Source: a bacterium (GTDB taxonomy: Bacteria; Patescibacteriota; Dojkabacteria; JAKAPS01; JAJZLI01). From it: a stretch of DNA of 64,000 nucleotides. The stretch spans positions 67,412-131,411 of the forward strand of contig JAJZIL010000001.1 of NCBI GenBank assembly GCA_021810605.1, in the 5' to 3' direction. The stretch's first letter is position 1; every line of letters begins with the position of its first letter. The notes below the pieces were generated by a model that saw only the letters and a program-made list of their open reading frames with translations, made no database searches and was not told the origin of the DNA. Below are positions 9,236 to 19,134 of this stretch, one piece after another. Position numbers and translations under genes: made by a program.

Positions 9236-9958
9236 ATGACACCAAGACAAGCTAAAATACTTGAGTATGTGATATTGGAATATATGGAGACTGCACAAGC
9301 AGTAGGCTCTGTTGCAATGGCAAATAAATATGGGATCAATGTATCTCCTGCGACTATAAGAAATGAGATGTCAAATCTTATAAATCAAGGGTTTCTTTCG
9401 AAAGAGCATTTTTCTTCAGGGAGAATCCCTACGATAGTTGGATTTAGGTATTACATTGAGAATTTGCTCTTTGAAGAACAACTTAATTATCTAGAGGAGA
9501 TGGAGATAAAAGAAAAACTCCACGCAGTAAGGTTTCAAAAGGAAAAAATTTTAAGAAGTGCAGTAGAATCTTTAGCTAAGTCTTTGAAATATACTGCGAT
9601 AGCTCTTGCTTCAGATTCTATTTATTATGCAGGTATTTCTGAAATTTTAGATTATCCTGAGTTTGAAGATATCTCTACACTTAGGAATATAATGTCTGTT
9701 ATAGAGAATTATGATATATTAGAGAGTATTTTTGAAAAAGGGAATAAATTTGAGGGTGGAGTTAAAATTTTAATGGGAGAAGAAACAGGTTTTGCTAGTT
9801 TTAACTCTTGTTCTATTGCTTATTCTGGGTTCAGAATACATAGAGGGGAGCAAGGTTATCTTGCAGTGATAGGACCTTTTAGAATGGATTATAAAAAGGT
9901 ACTTCCTTATTTAAGATATACAGTAGAAGTCTTGGAAGAGGCTACTTCTGGTTGGTAA
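9236..9958 (+). CDS. hrcA: Heat-inducible transcription repressor HrcA (short form)
   Basis: VSPATIRNEM, SSGRIPT, GFRYY and VIGPFRMDY motifs; ATG at 9236 preferred over TTG at 9227. Confidence 0.95.
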   Translation: MTPRQAKILEYVILEYMETAQAVGSVAMANKYGINVSPATIRNEMSNLINQGFLSKEHFSSGRIPTIVGFRYYIENLLFEEQLNYLEEMEIKEKLHAVRFQKEKILRSAVESLAKSLKYTAIALASDSIYYAGISEILDYPEFEDISTLRNIMSVIENYDILESIFEKGNKFEGGVKILMGEETGFASFNSCSIAYSGFRIHRGEQGYLAVIGPFRMDYKKVLPYLRYTVEVLEEATSGW

Positions 9959-9977
9959 TTTTATTATATAAATAATT

Positions 9978-10535
9978 ATGGCTGAAAAAAAAATAAAGAA
10001 AGAACAAAAAAAAGATATATCAGAAGAAACTATTGATATTGGAGAAGATACTATAATAGAAGAATTGGACTTAAAAGATAAAATGATAGAGTCACTGACT
10101 CATGAAAAAGAAGATTTAGAGATAAAACTTAAATCTGCTCTTTCTGATTATCAAAATTTTAAGAGAAGAGTTGAAACAGAGAAAGAGAATAGTTCTAATG
10201 TACTTAACAATATTGTTTTAAGAGAATTTCTAAATGTTTTAGATAATATATATCTTTATATGAAGCATTTAGAAAAAGACAAAAGTGTTAGTGATTCTAT
10301 TTTATCAGGAATCAAATTGATTTATGATCAGTGTAATGAGATAGTAGTATCTCAAGGTCTATCATTAGAAGAAGTAAAAGAAGGAGATAGTGTATCTCCC
10401 CTACTTCATGAAGTTGTAGGTACAGTTACAGGAGAAAGAGATGGAATAATTACAGAGGTGGTTAGGGTAGGATATGTAAAAGATGGAAATGTAGTAAGAG
10501 CTGCAAGAGTCATTGTTGAAAAAAAAGAAATTTAA
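9978..10535 (+). CDS. grpE: Nucleotide exchange factor GrpE
   Basis: SDYQNFKRR, LHEVV and GYVKDGNVVRAARV motifs; lies between hrcA and dnaK. Confidence 0.95.
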   Translation: MAEKKIKKEQKKDISEETIDIGEDTIIEELDLKDKMIESLTHEKEDLEIKLKSALSDYQNFKRRVETEKENSSNVLNNIVLREFLNVLDNIYLYMKHLEKDKSVSDSILSGIKLIYDQCNEIVVSQGLSLEEVKEGDSVSPLLHEVVGTVTGERDGIITEVVRVGYVKDGNVVRAARVIVEKKEI

Positions 10536-10557
10536 TTTATTTTAGTATATAAAAATT

Positions 10558-12492
10558 ATGTCAAAAATATTAGGAATCGATCTAGGAACAACTAATTCTG
10601 CTATGGCCTTTATGGAAGGTGGAGAGCCAGTAGTAATAACTAACTCTGAAGGAGCTAGAACAACACCTTCTGTTGTTGCAATACTTCCAGATAAGTCTAG
10701 AGCTGTTGGAGTTAGTGCAAAGAACCAAATGGTATTAAATCCTAAGCAAACTTTTTATTCTATAAAAAGGCTTATAGGAAGATCTTTTGATGATGAAGAG
10801 GTTCAGAGAGATATAAAGGTTTTTCCATTTGAGCTTAGAAAATCCTCTTCAGGAGGAGTTGAGGTTAAAGTTGGAGATGAGTGGTTAGCACCAGAGGCTA
10901 TATCAGCTATGGTTCTATCTAAACTTAAAGCAGATGCAGAAGCTTTTTTAGGTGAAAAAATTACAGAAGCTGTTATTACAGTTCCTGCTTATTTTGATGA
11001 TTCTCAAAGACAAGCTACTAAAAATGCAGGAAAAATTGCAGGGTTAGATGTAAAAAGAATAATTAATGAACCTACTTCTGCTGCTCTTGCATATGGTTTT
11101 GATAAAAAAGGAGAACAAACAATTGTAGTATACGATTTAGGTGGAGGAACTTTCGATGTATCTGTATTAGAGTTAGGAGATGGAATTTTTGAAGTTATTG
11201 CTACTAACGGGGATACTCACCTTGGAGGAGATGATTTTGATAGAAGAATAATTGATTTTATTGCAGATGATTTCAAAAAAACTAATGGGATTGATTTAAG
11301 AACTGATTCTGCAGCATTACAAAGACTTAAAGAAGCAGCAGAAAAGGCAAAAATAGAGCTTTCTTCTACAAATCAAGCTCAAATAAATATACCTTTCATA
11401 ACATCAGATGCAAATGGTCCAAAACATTTAAATATGACTATGACTAGAGCTCAACTAGAATCTCTTGTTAAAGATTTGGTTACAAGTACAATGGATCCTG
11501 TAAAAAAAGCTTTATCTGATGCGAAGAAGAAAGTAGAAGATATTGATGAGGTTATTTTGGTTGGTGGTATGACTAGAATGCCTGCTATTACAGATGCTGT
11601 AAAAGACTTTTTTAAGAAAGAACCTAATAAGAGTGTTAATCCTGATGAAGTTGTAGCTATTGGAGCTGCTGTACAGGGAGGTGTTTTATCTGGAGATGTT
11701 AGAGATGTAACTCTTCTAGATGTAACTCCTTTATCTTTAGGAATTGAGACATTAGGAGGAGTTTCCACAAGGATTATAGAGAGAAATTCTACAATTCCTA
11801 TTCAGAAGAAGCAGGTTTTCACTACGGCAGCTGACACTCAAACATCTGTAGAAATTCATATTCTACAAGGAGAGAGAGAATTTGCAAAAGATAATAAAAC
11901 TTTAGGTAGATTTATACTTGATGGTATTGCTCCAGCTAAAAGAGGAATTCCTCAAATAGAAGTAACTTTTGATATTGATGCAAATGGAATACTAAAAGTC
12001 TCTGCTCAAGATAAAGCTACAGGAAAAGAACAACATATAACTATTACTGCAAATACTTCTTTGTCAGACTCAGAAATAGAGAAATTACTAAAAGAGGCTA
12101 AAGAACACGAAGAAGAGGATAAAAAGAAAAAAGAGTTAGTAGATGTTAAGAATTCAGCAGAAACAGTAGCTTTTTCAGCTGAAACTTTCTTGAATGAAAA
12201 TAAAGATAAAATTGATCAAGAGAAACAGGATCAAATGCAATCTAAAATAACAGAACTTAGAGATATAGCTTCTAAAGAGGATACAGACAAAGAGTCTATT
12301 GAAAAAGCTCTTTCTGAATTGGAAACTTTAATGCAAGAGATTGGTTCCTCTATGAATCAACAAGCATCTTCTGAATCTAATCCTACTGGAGAAGAAAATC
12401 CTCCAGAAGGAGATGGTGCAACAGATCAAACAGATCAAAACTCAGGAGGAAGTGATTCAACTGATGATGTAAAAGAGGGTGAAGTTCTCTAA
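10558..12492 (+). CDS. dnaK: Chaperone DnaK
   Basis: [25 protein letters not shown] and [10 protein letters not shown] motifs. Confidence 0.99.
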   Translation: MSKILGIDLGTTNSAMAFMEGGEPVVITNSEGARTTPSVVAILPDKSRAVGVSAKNQMVLNPKQTFYSIKRLIGRSFDDEEVQRDIKVFPFELRKSSSGGVEVKVGDEWLAPEAISAMVLSKLKADAEAFLGEKITEAVITVPAYFDDSQRQATKNAGKIAGLDVKRIINEPTSAALAYGFDKKGEQTIVVYDLGGGTFDVSVLELGDGIFEVIATNGDTHLGGDDFDRRIIDFIADDFKKTNGIDLRTDSAALQRLKEAAEKAKIELSSTNQAQINIPFITSDANGPKHLNMTMTRAQLESLVKDLVTSTMDPVKKALSDAKKKVEDIDEVILVGGMTRMPAITDAVKDFFKKEPNKSVNPDEVVAIGAAVQGGVLSGDVRDVTLLDVTPLSLGIETLGGVSTRIIERNSTIPIQKKQVFTTAADTQTSVEIHILQGEREFAKDNKTLGRFILDGIAPAKRGIPQIEVTFDIDANGILKVSAQDKATGKEQHITITANTSLSDSEIEKLLKEAKEHEEEDKKKKELVDVKNSAETVAFSAETFLNENKDKIDQEKQDQMQSKITELRDIASKEDTDKESIEKALSELETLMQEIGSSMNQQASSESNPTGEENPPEGDGATDQTDQNSGGSDSTDDVKEGEVL

Positions 12493-12502
12493 ACTTTGAT
12501 CA

Positions 12503-12540
12503 ATTAAGGGAGGTTTAATCCTCCCTTAATGTTATTTTAT
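12503..12540 (+). terminator. Intrinsic terminator after dnaK
   Basis: ATTAAGGGAGG-tttaat-CCTCCCTTAAT 11-bp stem followed by a T-rich tail. Confidence 0.8.
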
Positions 12541-12552
12541 TAATATAAGGGT

Positions 12553-12834
12553 ATGCATTATTATAATCAACCAGGTGTTCACAATTTAAATTTTATTCCT
12601 TTTGCCTTTTTTGGGGCATTGATGTTTGGTTTATTTTGGTTAATTGTGATCATTATTCTCGTATACTTTTTTAAAAAATCTAAACATCATAGACACCATA
12701 TACATTATGGATCATTAGGTTCGAATAGTGCAGAAAATCTTCTGAAAGAGAGATTCGTAAAAGGAGAGATTAATGATGAAGAGTATAAGCGAATGAAAAA
12801 AACTTTATCCGAAGATGTAGAGGATAAAAAATAA
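12553..12834 (+). CDS. SHOCT-domain membrane protein
   Basis: TM helix, His-rich linker and AENLLKERFVKGEINDEEYKRMK SHOCT motif. Confidence 0.85.
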   Translation: MHYYNQPGVHNLNFIPFAFFGALMFGLFWLIVIIILVYFFKKSKHHRHHIHYGSLGSNSAENLLKERFVKGEINDEEYKRMKKTLSEDVEDKK

Positions 12835-12919
12835 AAATTCAGTAATTCATAGAAAATTTTTCGATAATAAATATTTTTTCTTCTCTCAAATTATTAGTAT
12901 GTTTTTTACATAATATATT

Positions 12920-13576
12920 ATGTCAAATGAAGTTTTTCCTACAAATAAATTTTTAACAACAGGAGCTATTTTAATGGGCTTAAGCTTAGGTGTAGCCCAT
13001 GGAGATGCTCTATTTCAAAAAGAGATTTCTAATACTAAAACAATAGATAACATTTATTCAAATTTAGTCAAAAAAGATTTTGCTTTTAATTCAAAATTTC
13101 CTTCTAAAGTAGAGGTGTATAGTCAGACGGTTGCAATTGATGGTGAAATTCAAAAAGATTTAACAATATCTTCTATATCAGAGAATAACTCAACTAGGTA
13201 TGTAATAAGTGTTTTTACTCCATTAGTAAATACTTATTCTAAAGGAATTCCTAATTTATCGGCTATTTCAATAAGTGTTGGAGGTTATGATGGTAATCCA
13301 TATACACGATCAACATTTGAACAACAAAATTACTATTATTTTGATATGTTAAAAACTAGTGGATTTTGGAGTATAAATAAATTTGGATATAATCTTTTAG
13401 GGAATGAAAAAATACCTAAAAGATATAAATTAACAATAGGTGATAATACAAAGTTATCTCAAAAAGAAAAGCTAGTTCTTAGAGAAGTTATATCACAGGC
13501 ACAATCTGTTATATCTTCCGCAAAGGAAGGTTTAAATGTAAAACATCATGGATCTCAAATTATATTAAAATCTTAA
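12920..13576 (+). CDS. Hypothetical secreted or anchored protein (paralog A)
   Basis: N-terminal hydrophobic segment; shares sequence blocks with 13636..14403. Confidence 0.7.
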   Translation: MSNEVFPTNKFLTTGAILMGLSLGVAHGDALFQKEISNTKTIDNIYSNLVKKDFAFNSKFPSKVEVYSQTVAIDGEIQKDLTISSISENNSTRYVISVFTPLVNTYSKGIPNLSAISISVGGYDGNPYTRSTFEQQNYYYFDMLKTSGFWSINKFGYNLLGNEKIPKRYKLTIGDNTKLSQKEKLVLREVISQAQSVISSAKEGLNVKHHGSQIILKS

Positions 13577-13635
13577 ATATACAAAGCATCTAATCCTATA
13601 GAGTTGACTAATATATATATTTAGATATATAATCT

Positions 13636-14403
13636 ATGTATATGTTTATTGAGAAAGGTAATAGAATAGAAGAGAAACAAAAAATAAGAAAAATTGCATT
13701 AGCAGGGTTATTTTCTGTTGGTATTGGTATGAATTCTCATATTGCAGAGCCAATAGTACATTCTAAACCAGAGCCAATACTACATTCTAAAAAAGATGTA
13801 CATAAAGGAAAAGAAACTATTTTTAATAGACTTAGTAATGTATATGGGTTTTTTGAAGGACAAATTTTATCCCCTGATTTTGCTATAAAATCAAAATTTC
13901 CTCCTAAAGTAAAAGTTTCTCATAATTTAGTAAGTATATCAAATTATCTAGAAAATCAAACTCAGATAACTTCTACATCTTATGATAATACAGCAGAATA
14001 TGTGATAGATTATAGAACTCCTTTAGTATTTGGAAAAACTAATGAGCCAAAAGGATATATTCCAAATAGGTCTTATATAAGTATTCAGGTAAATCCCGGA
14101 GTAAAAAATTCTCAATTTGAAACTTTAAAAAATCAAGGAGATACAAGTTTTACTGCTGCATCAATTTCAAAAGATCCTAATGGTGTTTGGAATGTCCAAT
14201 GGATGGGAGAAAATGTTATTGGAAGTACTGATTTTCCTTTTAAATATAGTTTCTCTGCGAGTGTTAATTCAGGAGTATTTATGCCTGCAAAAGAAAGAGA
14301 ACTGGATGAAGTTTTAACTAAAATGGAAGGTATAATTCTTGCTGCAAAAAGAGGAGATTCCCTTATAACAGATAATTCTTTAGAGTATATAAAAACAAAA
14401 TAA
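13636..14403 (+). CDS. Hypothetical secreted or anchored protein (paralog B)
   Basis: N-terminal hydrophobic segment; own TTGACT-N18-TATAAT promoter; true start is probably ATG 13642. Confidence 0.7.
   Translation: MYMFIEKGNRIEEKQKIRKIALAGLFSVGIGMNSHIAEPIVHSKPEPILHSKKDVHKGKETIFNRLSNVYGFFEGQILSPDFAIKSKFPPKVKVSHNLVSISNYLENQTQITSTSYDNTAEYVIDYRTPLVFGKTNEPKGYIPNRSYISIQVNPGVKNSQFETLKNQGDTSFTAASISKDPNGVWNVQWMGENVIGSTDFPFKYSFSASVNSGVFMPAKERELDEVLTKMEGIILAAKRGDSLITDNSLEYIKTK
13745..13792 (+). repeat. 24-bp in-frame tandem duplication
   Basis: cagagccaatagtacattctaaac / cagagccaatactacattctaaaa, encoding EPIVHSKP-EPILHSKK. Confidence 0.85.
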
Positions 14404-14425
14404 TATTGAGTATATTCTCGATTTA

Positions 14426-14635
14426 TTAACTAAATTTCTTTTCCAAAAATTTATTAATTTTAAGAGTTTCTATTTTTGTAAACTTTTTAACTTTATTTTT
14501 CTTAGTTACTACTTTTACAGAAAAATCATCATCCTGTTCTGTTATAATTTCAAGATCATTTATAAATTTTACTTTTTCCTCGTCTGGAAGAATCTCATCA
14601 AGATTTAAGTGTTTTATATATTGAAAATTAATCAT
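14426..14635 (-). CDS. Small hypothetical protein
   Basis: 69-aa ORF with TGATACAAT extended -10 element 7 nt upstream of the ATG. Confidence 0.55.
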   Translation of the reverse strand: MINFQYIKHLNLDEILPDEEKVKFINDLEIITEQDDDFSVKVVTKKNKVKKFTKIETLKINKFLEKKFS

Positions 14636-14817
14636 TATCTATATTGTATCAGGTAATCTATATTATTCAATATTAAAATAAGTTTATTAAAGTATTATGA
14701 GAAAAATATAGCTGTAGATAAGGAAATTGTTTGACTTTTATTTGTAATGATATAAGTTTTTAGTATTTTTATCTCTCAGGTTCATATTCTTTTTTATTTA
14801 TGATAATATTCCTATTT

Positions 14818-15768
14818 ATGATTATTGAAGATAAATTATATGGAACTATAGATATAGATTCTCCTGTTATGATAGATCTGATAAACTCTGCTCCTGTACA
14901 AAGGCTTAAAGGTATTATTCAATCAGGAGTTCCAGAAAAGTATAATAGGAGAAGTTTTTCTAGGTTTGAGCATTCTTTAGGGGTAATGTTTTGTCTGAAA
15001 TTTGTTGGTGCTAGTGAGGAAGAACAAATTGCAGGACTTTTGCATGACGTATCTCATACTGCATTCTCTCATACTATAGATTGGGTTTTGGAAACTAGTA
15101 ATAATGAAACATTTCAAGATGATAATCATGAAGATTATATTGAAAATTCTGTAATTCCAAGTATTTTAGAAAAATATGGATATAGTAGTAATAGAATTGT
15201 AGATTATAAAAATTTTCCTCTTTTAGAACAAGATATCCCTAATTTATGTGCAGATAGATTAGATTATTCTATTAAAGAATTTCCTTACAAAATTGCAAAA
15301 GAATGTTTATTAAATCTTACCGTGAAGGAAGATTTACTGGTATTTAAAAATGAAGAGAGTGCTTTTCTTTTTGCAGATAATTTTTTAGATATTCAAAATA
15401 ATTTGTTTGGAGGAAAAGATTCTGTTGTAAAGGATATTATATTTGTAGACATCTTAAAAAAAGCTTTTGAAAAAGGAGCAATTTCAATGGAAGATTTTTG
15501 GAGAGATGATAATTTTGTTTTAGAAAAAGTAGAGAAGCTGGAAGACCCTTTTATTCAAAAAAGAATTAAAATACTTTTAGACAAGGATTTTAATTCTTTT
15601 GAACTAAGTGATAAAGTTATTTATAAAAAATTTAGATATGTAGATCCGTTTTTTATTTCAGGAGCAGTTCTTAAGAGACTAAGTAGTAAAAATAATAAAT
15701 TCAGAAAAAAGCTAGAAGAATCTATGAAAATAAATAAGCAGGGTATACATGTTATAAAAATTGATTGA
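14818..15768 (+). CDS. HD-domain phosphohydrolase (YwfO/YdhJ, SAMHD1-like)
   Basis: QRLKGIIQ, SRFEHSLG, LLHDVSHTAFSH and ADRLDY motifs. Confidence 0.9.
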   Translation: MIIEDKLYGTIDIDSPVMIDLINSAPVQRLKGIIQSGVPEKYNRRSFSRFEHSLGVMFCLKFVGASEEEQIAGLLHDVSHTAFSHTIDWVLETSNNETFQDDNHEDYIENSVIPSILEKYGYSSNRIVDYKNFPLLEQDIPNLCADRLDYSIKEFPYKIAKECLLNLTVKEDLLVFKNEESAFLFADNFLDIQNNLFGGKDSVVKDIIFVDILKKAFEKGAISMEDFWRDDNFVLEKVEKLEDPFIQKRIKILLDKDFNSFELSDKVIYKKFRYVDPFFISGAVLKRLSSKNNKFRKKLEESMKINKQGIHVIKID

Positions 15769-15832
15769 AAAAGTTATATATATATTAGTATTTATTGAAA
15801 ATTAAACTACAGAAGTGTAATATATAAGGTAT

Positions 15833-16465
15833 ATGAAAGTATATGATATTTCTTACTTACTAAATGAGTCTACTCCAATATATCCTGGGAATGCTAATTT
15901 TTCAATAAAAAGAGTTCAGAATATGCCTAAAGACAGTTCTAATTCATCAGCAATAACAATGGGTTCCCATTTTGCGACACATATAGATGCACCAGTTCAT
16001 GTAATAGAGGATGGTAAGGGTATAGATAAGTTCCCTATAGATAGATTTGTAGGAAAATGTGATGTATTAGATTTTTCTGTGCTAGATACAGAATCTATAG
16101 ATAAAAAAGATTTAGAAAAGAAGAATATAAAAAACAATATAGTTTTAATTAAAACAAAAAATTCTATTAGAGGGTTTGATATTTTTCATGAAGATTTCAT
16201 ATATTTGTCGGATAGTGGATCAGATTATCTATTGTCAAAGGGGGTAAAGCTTGTAGGTATAGATGGTCCTTCTATAAAAAAATTTAGATATCATCCTGAT
16301 TATGTGCATAACAATTTGCTAGGAAATGATTGTTTGATAGCAGAAGGGCTTAATTTATTAGAAGTTTTACAAGGAGAATATTTCTTTTTAGGAGCTCCTT
16401 TAAATTTTGAAGGTTCTGATGCTTCTCCTGCAAGAATTATTTTAATAGAGGATTTTTATGAATAA
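15833..16465 (+). CDS. Cyclase-family (KynB-like) metal-dependent hydrolase
   Basis: HFATHIDAPVH (HxGTHxDxPxH), VGIDGPS, H...E and DASPAR motifs. Confidence 0.92.
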   Translation: MKVYDISYLLNESTPIYPGNANFSIKRVQNMPKDSSNSSAITMGSHFATHIDAPVHVIEDGKGIDKFPIDRFVGKCDVLDFSVLDTESIDKKDLEKKNIKNNIVLIKTKNSIRGFDIFHEDFIYLSDSGSDYLLSKGVKLVGIDGPSIKKFRYHPDYVHNNLLGNDCLIAEGLNLLEVLQGEYFFLGAPLNFEGSDASPARIILIEDFYE

Positions 16466-17378
16466 AAAAATAGCAATAATAGGTTTAGGTAAAATGGGTC
16501 TTAATATTGGATTAAATCTAAAAGATAAAAAAATCGATGTTTTTGGATTTACAGATACAAAAGAAGGTTTTGATTATGCAAAAGAGCAAGGGTTAGAAGT
16601 ATTTTCTACATTAGATGAAACTATTTCAAATTTTGGAGAGGATATTAGAATTTTTTGGTTGATGGTTCCTTCTCAAGCAGTAGATACGGTTTTATTTTCA
16701 GAATCTGAAGGTTTAGCAATAAAACTTAAAGAGGGAGATATAATTATAGATGGAGGAAATTCACACTATAAAGATTCCATAGAAAGATATAATAAACTTA
16801 AAAAGAAAGGTATTAATTTTATTGATTGTGGAACTTCAGGAGGAGTTGAAGGTGCTAGAAGAGGAGCTTGTCTTATGATTGGAGGAGATAAGGATATATA
16901 TAATCAAACTGAATGGATTTTTCAATCTGTTGCTATGGAAAATGGTTATGGATATATAGGAGAAGCTGGTTCTGGTCATTACGTTAAAATGATTCATAAT
17001 GCTATAGAGTATGGAATGCTACAATCTATAGCAGAAGGTGTAAATTTAGTTGAGAATGGGAAGTATCCAAATGTGAATATTGAATCTCTATTAGGGGTTT
17101 GGAATCATGGAAGTATTATCGAGTCATATCTAACTAAGGTTTTAGAAAAACAACTTAAAAATTACCCCAATTTGGATGAAATTGAGCCTGTTGTAGATGA
17201 CAATGGCGAGGGTGCTTGGACCATAATGGAAGCAATTGAGCAAAGAATTCCTCTTAGTGTTGGGGCAATCTCTCTTTTTGAAAGATATTCTTCAAAAGGA
17301 AAGGATGATGATGCTAATAAGTTTATAGCTCTTATGAGAAATGGTTTTGGAGGACATGCCATTACTAAAAAAGATTAA
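16458..17378 (+). CDS. gnd: 6-phosphogluconate dehydrogenase, decarboxylating (short YqeC type)
   Basis: IGLGKMG, IDGGNS, DCGTSGG, GHYVKMIHNAIEY and RNGFGGH motifs. Confidence 0.96.
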   Translation: MNKKIAIIGLGKMGLNIGLNLKDKKIDVFGFTDTKEGFDYAKEQGLEVFSTLDETISNFGEDIRIFWLMVPSQAVDTVLFSESEGLAIKLKEGDIIIDGGNSHYKDSIERYNKLKKKGINFIDCGTSGGVEGARRGACLMIGGDKDIYNQTEWIFQSVAMENGYGYIGEAGSGHYVKMIHNAIEYGMLQSIAEGVNLVENGKYPNVNIESLLGVWNHGSIIESYLTKVLEKQLKNYPNLDEIEPVVDDNGEGAWTIMEAIEQRIPLSVGAISLFERYSSKGKDDDANKFIALMRNGFGGHAITKKD

Positions 17379-17396
17379 TATTATTAAAAAAAAATT

Positions 17397-18059
17397 ATGA
17401 AGATATTTATAGATAGTGCTCAAATAGAACAAATAAAGGAGTTAGAAGATTTAGGTGTGATCTCAGGTATCACAACTAATCCCACTCTAGCTTCAGTTAC
17501 TGGGAAAAATTTTAAAGATTTAGTAAGTGAGATATTCTCTACTCTCTCTAAGGATAGAATAATAAATCTTGAAGTTATAGCTACAGATTATGAAACTATT
17601 TTAAAACAAGCTAGAGCTCTTGCTGCTTTAGATAATAGAGTAGTTGTAAAAATACCTTGTATTCCAGATGGTCTAAAAGCTTGTAAAAAACTTTCAGAAG
17701 AAGGTATTCGTGTAAATATAACTTTAGTTTTCTCTCCTATGCAGGCACTTTTATGTGCTAATGCAGGTGCATATTTTGTATCCCCTTTTGTAGGAAGATT
17801 AGAGGATATATCTGTAGATGGAATGGAGATTGTATCTGAAATAGTTAAAATATATAAAAATTATGATTATAAGACGCAAATTCTTTTTGCTTCTGTAAGA
17901 TCTGTTGAGCATATAAGATTAGCAGCTCTTGCAGGTGTTGATGTAGTTACTTCTCCTTATGAGTATATAAAAGAATTATATAAACATCCTCTAACAGATA
18001 CAGGATTAGCTAAATTTTTAAAAGATTGGACTGATGCTAAGGAGGAGTTCATTGTATGA
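17397..18059 (+). CDS. tal: Transaldolase (TalC/FSA family)
   Basis: GITTNPTL, VVKIP (Schiff-base Lys), NITLVFS; Glu in LEV and Phe in SPFVGR indicate transaldolase rather than FSA. Confidence 0.93.
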   Translation: MKIFIDSAQIEQIKELEDLGVISGITTNPTLASVTGKNFKDLVSEIFSTLSKDRIINLEVIATDYETILKQARALAALDNRVVVKIPCIPDGLKACKKLSEEGIRVNITLVFSPMQALLCANAGAYFVSPFVGRLEDISVDGMEIVSEIVKIYKNYDYKTQILFASVRSVEHIRLAALAGVDVVTSPYEYIKELYKHPLTDTGLAKFLKDWTDAKEEFIV

Positions 18060-18484
18060 ATATCTATATAGCTTCAGATCATAGAGGTTTTGATCTAAAA
18101 ACTGAGGTTATAGAGTATTTAAAATCTGAGAAAATTCTCGATATGGGGCCTTTTGAATATAATCATGAAGATGATTATCCTATTTTTGCACATCTTGTTG
18201 CAAAAAAAGTTTTAGAGAATCCAGATTCTTTTGGAATCCTTATTTGTGATACTGGTTTGGGTATGGATATGACTGCAAATAAATATAAGGGAATTCGAGC
18301 AGCATTGTGCACTGATTCATTTTTTGCTTATAGAGCAAGATTACATAATGACGCAAATATACTCGTTTTATCTGCTGAATATGATAAAATTGATTTCAGA
18401 GAAATAGTTAAAATGTTTTTTTCTACTCAACCTTCAGAAGAAATAAGACATAAAAGGAGAGTAAAAGAGATAGATGAATTATGA
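18056..18484 (+). CDS. rpiB: Ribose-5-phosphate isomerase B
   Basis: ASDHRG, DDYP, ICDTGLG, HNDAN and RHKRRV motifs. Confidence 0.93.
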   Translation: MNIYIASDHRGFDLKTEVIEYLKSEKILDMGPFEYNHEDDYPIFAHLVAKKVLENPDSFGILICDTGLGMDMTANKYKGIRAALCTDSFFAYRARLHNDANILVLSAEYDKIDFREIVKMFFSTQPSEEIRHKRRVKEIDEL

Positions 18485-19086
18485 TTATTCCTGCAATATT
18501 AGAAAATAATAAAGAATCCTTAATAAAAAGAGTTAATCAAGTAAAGTCTTTTTCAAGAAAAGTTCATATAGATATAATGGATCAGACTCTTACAGATCAA
18601 AGAACTCTCTCCATTTCAGATATTCCATTAGATTTACCTGTTCAGATAGAGTTACATTTAATGGTTACTACTCCTAGTCTATATCTAGAAAGTATAAAGA
18701 ATCTTAATCCATACAAATTAATAATTCACTCAGAGAGTGATATTTTTGAAAAAGAAGTAAATTTAATGAGAAATTTTTTTAATATTTATGCAGGTGTTAA
18801 TATTAATACTCCAGTAGACGAAGTTATATCAATTAAAGAGAAATTAGCAGGAGTTCTCTTAATGTCAGTTAATATGGGTGCTTCAGGAAAAAATTTTAAT
18901 ATAAAAGTTCTTGATAAAGTAAAGGAAGTTTCTCAATATTTTTCAAATATACAATTAGATGGGGGAATAAATGAGGAAAATCTAAGTATTTGCAAATCAT
19001 TAGGGGTAAAAGATTTTGCAATTCATACTACACTTTTTTCAAGTCCTAATATAGAAGATGAATTTTTAAAACTCAAAGAATTGTAA
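18481..19086 (+). CDS. rpe: Ribulose-phosphate 3-epimerase
   Basis: HIDIMD, ELHLMV, LMSV and LDGGIN motifs. Confidence 0.92.
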   Translation: MIIPAILENNKESLIKRVNQVKSFSRKVHIDIMDQTLTDQRTLSISDIPLDLPVQIELHLMVTTPSLYLESIKNLNPYKLIIHSESDIFEKEVNLMRNFFNIYAGVNINTPVDEVISIKEKLAGVLLMSVNMGASGKNFNIKVLDKVKEVSQYFSNIQLDGGINEENLSICKSLGVKDFAIHTTLFSSPNIEDEFLKLKEL

Positions 19087-19134
19087 ATTAGACTATAAGA
19101 TTTGTTATACTATTGTTGATGAGTTTATTTTATT

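Noticed and set aside
10760-10890. DnaK carries the subdomain insert that Firmicutes-type DnaK lacks
   Set aside because: This is a known phylogenetic indel and is not evidence of an outer membrane or of a new function.
14818-15768. HD protein as an anti-phage dNTPase
   Set aside because: It looks like the widespread YwfO/YdhJ family and has no defence-island context.
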